Part shown: in pieces, positions 59,601 through 64,000 of the stretch
How the letters are laid out: every line of letters begins with the position of its first letter
Numbering within the stretch: position 1 is the first letter of the stretch
Origin: Bugula neritina
Taxonomy: Eukaryota; Animalia; Bryozoa
DNA: 64,000 nt
Reading direction: 5' to 3'
Assembly (NCBI GenBank): GCA_964035545.1
Contig: OZ037770.1
Location: 9,864,973-9,928,972, forward strand
Made by a program: the position numbers and the translations under genes
Notes under the pieces: generated by a model
Databases searched by the model: none
Told to the model about the DNA's origin: nothing
Seen by the model: only the letters and a program-made list of their open reading frames with translations

Positions 59601-62600
59601 AAATGAAAAATTTGCTAGAATCATGTATATATTGGTGGAAACAAATTTATAAGATTGGAAAAATTTAATAAAGTGATTAGAGTTGTTGGCATCGTTGTGT
59701 CATTGTACAGTACAGTGTAAAATACTTCTTTATAAAATGGGAATATTATAAGGCAATAGAATGAGGGATTTTCAATATATCTTGCTGACAAAATAAATTT
59801 GTTTTAAAATAAACATGCTTCTACTGCACCTTTTAATTTTTATTGCTCCTTGCACACTTCTGATTTTAATGAATGCATTTTTTACCAAGCATTCCCCTTT
59901 GATGCTTCTTCAAACATCTTCCCTATTCAAAACCATCTGTGATTTCAGCTCAAACGCCCCCCACCAGACCTAAGAAATCTGGACATCGGCGCGTGGGTTC
60001 CCATGGTAATCCTCCAATAAAACTAGATGCACCCGCCAATCACCCTCACGGGTACTTTGGACGCATGAGCTCTAGCACCTCTAACACTGGTGAATATGTC
60101 AGCGGGGACGTGTTTGCACCCGCTAGTCTTGGTCATAGTAGATCTTGGGCTCCTGAGCAGAATATGATGTCTGCAGCTAACGCTTACCATCGCACTTCAA
60201 AGGCATCAGGTTAGCTGCTGCATTCACTCCAAACCCTACCTGGGACAGCTGCATGGTTTTAGCCTGCTTGATTTTGCTATTGGTCAAATTAGGATACAAT
60301 TAATTGCTTCTGGAATAGTTTGGATTTATGTTCTGGTGTTTTTTCTGGCATTAGCTGTAAATGTGAGTTTGTGATATTTCCCTTTTGTATTTTTATTTTG
60401 GCTTCTAACAACCATGCTGAGCTTTTTGTTTCTCATATTGACAGGTTTTGTAAATTCAAAATGGAGGTGCCGAGTAAATTTTATGTTATATGATGACTTT
60501 GTAGATGTACTGCGTGTTAAATCACTCAGTACAAGTAAGCTCAATGCAGGGGCTTTTATGTAAGGTATATGTTAATCATTGGGCTTCTATATGGTCTGTG
60601 TCCAACAAGAGGCAATTCTATGTTTCTTTTAACAAAGCTGATTGGCTCTCCTAATGTCCTAATTTTAACCTATCCTATTAATAGTCTTAACATTACTTTT
60701 ACCGGTGAAAATCTTGGTAAGGATTTGAAAAAATTTTATTCAAATTGATGGTTAAGCTGTTCAAGAAAAGGTTTAGAGAGCTAATATATGTATAACCTGT
60801 ATATCTACCTAATATGACTACGCTAGGATTGTCCTTTCATGGTGATGGAATAACTTTGACAATGGTTGTGGGCTAAGCATGTCTATGGCTGTATGCTAGC
60901 TAGGCTGAATGTCTGTTAGGGGTTTTTCCTCAAATTTCAACGAAACACTTTTCCTTAAAATGCTACTATTTAGCCGATGTCAATGCGATGGAAGTTTGTG
61001 ACCACCCCTAATAATGATAACTATTATTGTAGATACTCAGTCTACTCCTACACCCCCTCCTAGTTTCTCTCAGCTGGATGATAGTCTGAAACCGCTTCAA
61101 CCGCTGGCCAGCTCCTCGCAGTCTATGCTGATATATTACGAACACGTTGCACTGGCGGAGCGGTACGTCAAGTTACAACAGGAAAGGGTCTTGGCGCAGG
61201 CCAGAGTGTGAGTGTCTACTTGTATCATATTCCTGTACTAGGTGTTGTCCCCTCTTTATAATGGAACTACATGCTTTCTTTGCTGAGATGAATCAGAAAA
61301 TTTGAACATTTTTTGCTTATTCAAGGAAAGTCATCTTGACTTGTATTATAAGACTTTATTAATAGGTTTCAACAGAATCAAATTCCATTAAATGTTGTCA
61401 CTCTTCTGGCAAAAATCATCATTCTCTGCTCAACTAAAGTCATACAGAGCAAGCAACATGAGAACTAAAAAGCTGCAATGACGAAACTGTTTAGCATTTT
61501 AACTTTTTATACCCTTTTTATAATAATAACTTATAGAAGCAGCCGTGGCCTAGGGGTTAGGGTGTTTGTCGTAATAAACACAAAGTCATGGGTTCGAACC
61601 CCATTAAAGGCCATTGGTGATATCAGAAAGAGCATGCAGTCATAATTACTCCTCTGCTATGAATAAATCCTTAACCTGCATTAAAAAAACATTTCTATCA
61701 GAAGTTTTTCACAGAGATGGCGACTATTAACTTGTGTGAGTTTAATTAGTAATAACTTATAAGATTTTAATATCTAGAGCTGAACTGAAGCGCTCCCTCC
61801 AAGAACAGAGAGCGATTAGACGGAGAAATGAGCAGCTGATGAGAGAGTATCAGCGATTGGCTGATGAAAATGTATGTTGATTCTAGTAATTAATTTACTG
61901 GGTACACTGACTAACATGGCTAGAATTATAATGCTGCGTTCTCCATGTTAATTTATAAAATAGTTGCTGGGAATTAATAAATGAAGCTAGATCACAGATT
62001 ATTATGCAAGGTGTAAACAGTAACAGTACAACCTAAAATTATGTGGTTCAGTTGGTTTTGTGTGGAGCATGGAAATGTTACAGGTTGTACATTTTGGTTA
62101 GGAGTCACTGTAGGTGTTGTGTAATTCCTTCTATAAACTTACAGTAGGTTAGTTTTGATTGATCTAGAAAGCAAATGGCTTTTTCAGTGTTACTTATTTT
62201 CACGTGTGAAGGTAACCTTAATGCTCTATGCTCACTGCAGTATACAGTGTACTATATACGCTATACTGTTTACAATATACTGTATATAATATACTGTATA
62301 CAATGTTTGCAATATACTATACATAGTATAATGTATACAATGTTTACAGTATATTTTATACGTTGTAATGTATACAGTATACATTGTAATGTACACTGTA
62401 TACATTGTAATGTATACAGTGCAATGTATACTGTATACAATGCATACAATACACTGTAAACAATGTTTACAGCGTACTGTATGCACTACAATGTATGCCT
62501 ACAGTATACTCAGGAGTATATCTGGTGTATATCTGTAGGAAGACTATATTCAGATGAAAGAGAGTTTGGAGAGGCAGTTGGGAGAAGTTGGTTTACCAGT

Positions 62601-62607
62601 ATGTTGA
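47296..62607 (+). CDS. MAP3K7: TGF-beta-activated kinase 1 (MAP3K7), 13 coding exons, ~727 aa, plus one candidate cassette exon
   Basis: Exons 47296-47370, 48618-48777, 48946-49150, 49395-49482, 49842-50007, 50842-50942, 51413-51721, 52349-52762, 53198-53264, 59949-60209, 61033-61207, 61778-61871, 62539-62607 (2184 nt). TAK1-diagnostic motifs: [74 protein letters not shown] and a C-terminal coiled coil. Confidence 0.95.
50455..50730. repeat. 24 bp minisatellite (atgtacttgagtatacaagtaata), ~8-9 units plus degenerate flanks
   Basis: Head-to-tail near-identical units in TAK1 intron 5. Confidence 0.95.
53329..53633. repeat. Compound (GT)/(GC)/(AT) alternating purine-pyrimidine repeat
   Basis: gtgtgcgtgtgcgcgcgcgtgtg units followed by (TA)n. 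Confidence 0.95.
53634..55406 (+). mobile_element. Tc1/mariner transposon, 1773 bp, defective transposase
   Basis: Perfect 29 bp TIRs CAGTGCTGTGAAAAAGTTTAAGGACGCTT with a TA TSD. HTH region in ORF 54030; [14 protein letters not shown] and [15 protein letters not shown] lie in shifted frames. Confidence 0.96.
54030..55054 (+). pseudogene. Tc1-type DD34E transposase pseudogene
   Basis: Frameshifts and stops between motifs; the catalytic NPIE reads NPIN. Confidence 0.9.
55410..55571. repeat. ~26 bp degenerate minisatellite (gggagtgtatatatagatagtatgta)
   Basis: About five or six units between the Tc1 element and TIR element B. Confidence 0.85.
55576..58744 (+). mobile_element. 3.2 kb non-autonomous TIR DNA element, copy B (opposite orientation to A), in TAK1 intron 9
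   Basis: GTGACCAGTCGCGACAAAACCGGGGATGT / ACATCCCTTGTTTTGTGGTGCCAGGTCAC termini with ATAT on both sides. Colinear, patchy similarity to the reverse complement of 35664-38860. Confidence 0.9.
61536..61749 (+). mobile_element. tRNA-derived SINE with a 12 bp TSD
   Basis: A box tggcctaggggtta, B box ggttcgaacc. TSD taataacttata at 61524-61535 and 61750-61761. Confidence 0.85.
62236..62520. repeat. Degenerate tacagtatac/tacaatgtatac simple repeat
   Basis: Low-complexity repeated units in the last TAK1 intron. Confidence 0.8.
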
Positions 62608-63669
62608 GCATCATGTAGGGACGGGTTTGAGCCTCACCTAAAGATTTTTCCTAAATGATTGTCATTCAGTAGCAATTTTTTCTATAAATTTCAACACGTA
62701 AGTGAGGAACAATTTGTAAATTTATTTTCATACTTTTTTATGCATATCTAACATTTTGTTATTCAGTCTTATTAACCAATCATGTAAATATTGTTAGTGC
62801 TGAACATAAATAATTGAATTTTAAAAAGTAAAAATATGAAGTCCACAACTTTACAGTGTGAAGTCAAGACTGTTGAACAGTTTTATTTCTAGTTTTCAAT
62901 TTACATATTATTATACTTGTAGTTGTAGCATAGATTTTTAAAGAAAAATGTAGAGTATATTAGAAGCCATATAATCTATTATAATCTTTTTCACTTTGCA
63001 TTTATACTTTAATGCATAAATTGACATAACATGAATAAATTGAAGTTTCAAAACTGAAATTATCACATGAATACAGTTTTATTTTACGTTTGTAAGAAAA
63101 ATATTTTGTTGAAAAGACACTTGGGACATTTAAAAAAATATTTATTAGTGAAAAATAAAAATATATGTGAATATGCTCAGACATGTCTGTGATTTGGCAG
63201 GATGAATTCTGATAGAAAAATTAACGCTGTTAATAAATTCAAGAGCTAAGAGACAAAGAGCAATATATTTCATCTTAGTTGTATGAATATGTTGTATATA
63301 ACATAAATTATTAAAATACAAATAGAAAAGCATAAATTAAAAATAGAACCTACAGGCCACAAACAACTTGGGGCAATGTTTTCAAAAAATAAATTAGCTG
63401 GGAAAATGATCAATACTAAATTTTAGAAGCAATTATTATGCACACTACCAGCTAAGATGCAACAAAGCAGGGAAATCTTGCATATGGCAGCTGATTTGGA
63501 TACAGTCCCAATATGTCCTTTGGGTTGCATCTAATTCAGCTAGTTTAAACATACTATAAAGGTTTCATTATGGCGGCAAGCCACAAGTTGAACAGAAACG
63601 GACCACACTAATCCATCACAGCACCTATTGGAGAATGCCGAGGGGGGGGGGGCTAAGGGAAAGAAGTCA

Positions 63670-63876
63670 TCATGGTATACCGAAATCAAAGGGGTCAAAG
63701 TCTGAGTCTGAATCACTGTCGTTCAGACCTTCCAGTTCTTCTCCCGGGAAAAGGTTGCATTCCAAACTATTTCTAAAGTGAGCATAGGGGTCTGCTCGAG
63801 AGAGAATGGCTTGACACAGCCAGCAGAAGTATGCCTTACACTTCGTACACGTCATCTTATTACAACCATCTATCTT
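63670..63876 (-). CDS. RNF14: RBR E3 ubiquitin ligase RNF14/ARA54-like, last coding exon
   Basis: Acceptor cattacag is followed by KIDGCNKMTCTKCKAYFCWLCQAILSRADPYAHF...LF and an acidic tail. This is the RING2 GCNKMTC motif plus the LSRxxPYxHF motif typical of RNF14. Confidence 0.85.
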   Translation of the reverse strand, partial: KIDGCNKMTCTKCKAYFCWLCQAILSRADPYAHFRNSLECNLFPGEELEGLNDSDSDSDFDPFDFGIP

Positions 63877-64000
63877 CTGTAATGATACAACCGGTATTAT
63901 TTCTATACATTAGAAAAAACGGAAATAACTTCCTATCTATAAAGCTACAATGTAAAAATAGCATGTATATAATTATAATCTAAAATAGGTAATAAAACTG

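Overview
AT-rich animal (invertebrate-like) genomic DNA with spliceosomal introns, so most of the supplied ORFs are exon fragments or noise. Host genes, rebuilt by hand from splice sites and reading phase: the last 6 exons of an ABCC5/MRP5-like transporter (104-3028); a complete 29-exon tandem paralog (15992-35218, ~1396 aa); a 5-exon C2H2 zinc-finger gene (42078-46285); a 13-exon TAK1/MAP3K7 gene (47296-62607); and the last exon of an RNF14-like RBR ligase on the minus strand. Mobile DNA: a deleted Gypsy element whose Pol tail runs into a C2H2 zinc-finger/coiled-coil region, two solo-LTR candidates, a Tc1 element, MITEs, a tRNA-derived SINE family and a CR1/L2 fragment. The strongest candidate for an undescribed system is a pair of diverged ~3.2 kb TIR elements (35664-38860 and 55576-58744). 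They have no long ORF but share what looks like a three-exon spliced transcription unit, whose first intron carries the same degenerate-triplet tract seen after host first exons. All alignments and identity figures are by eye; no searches were run.
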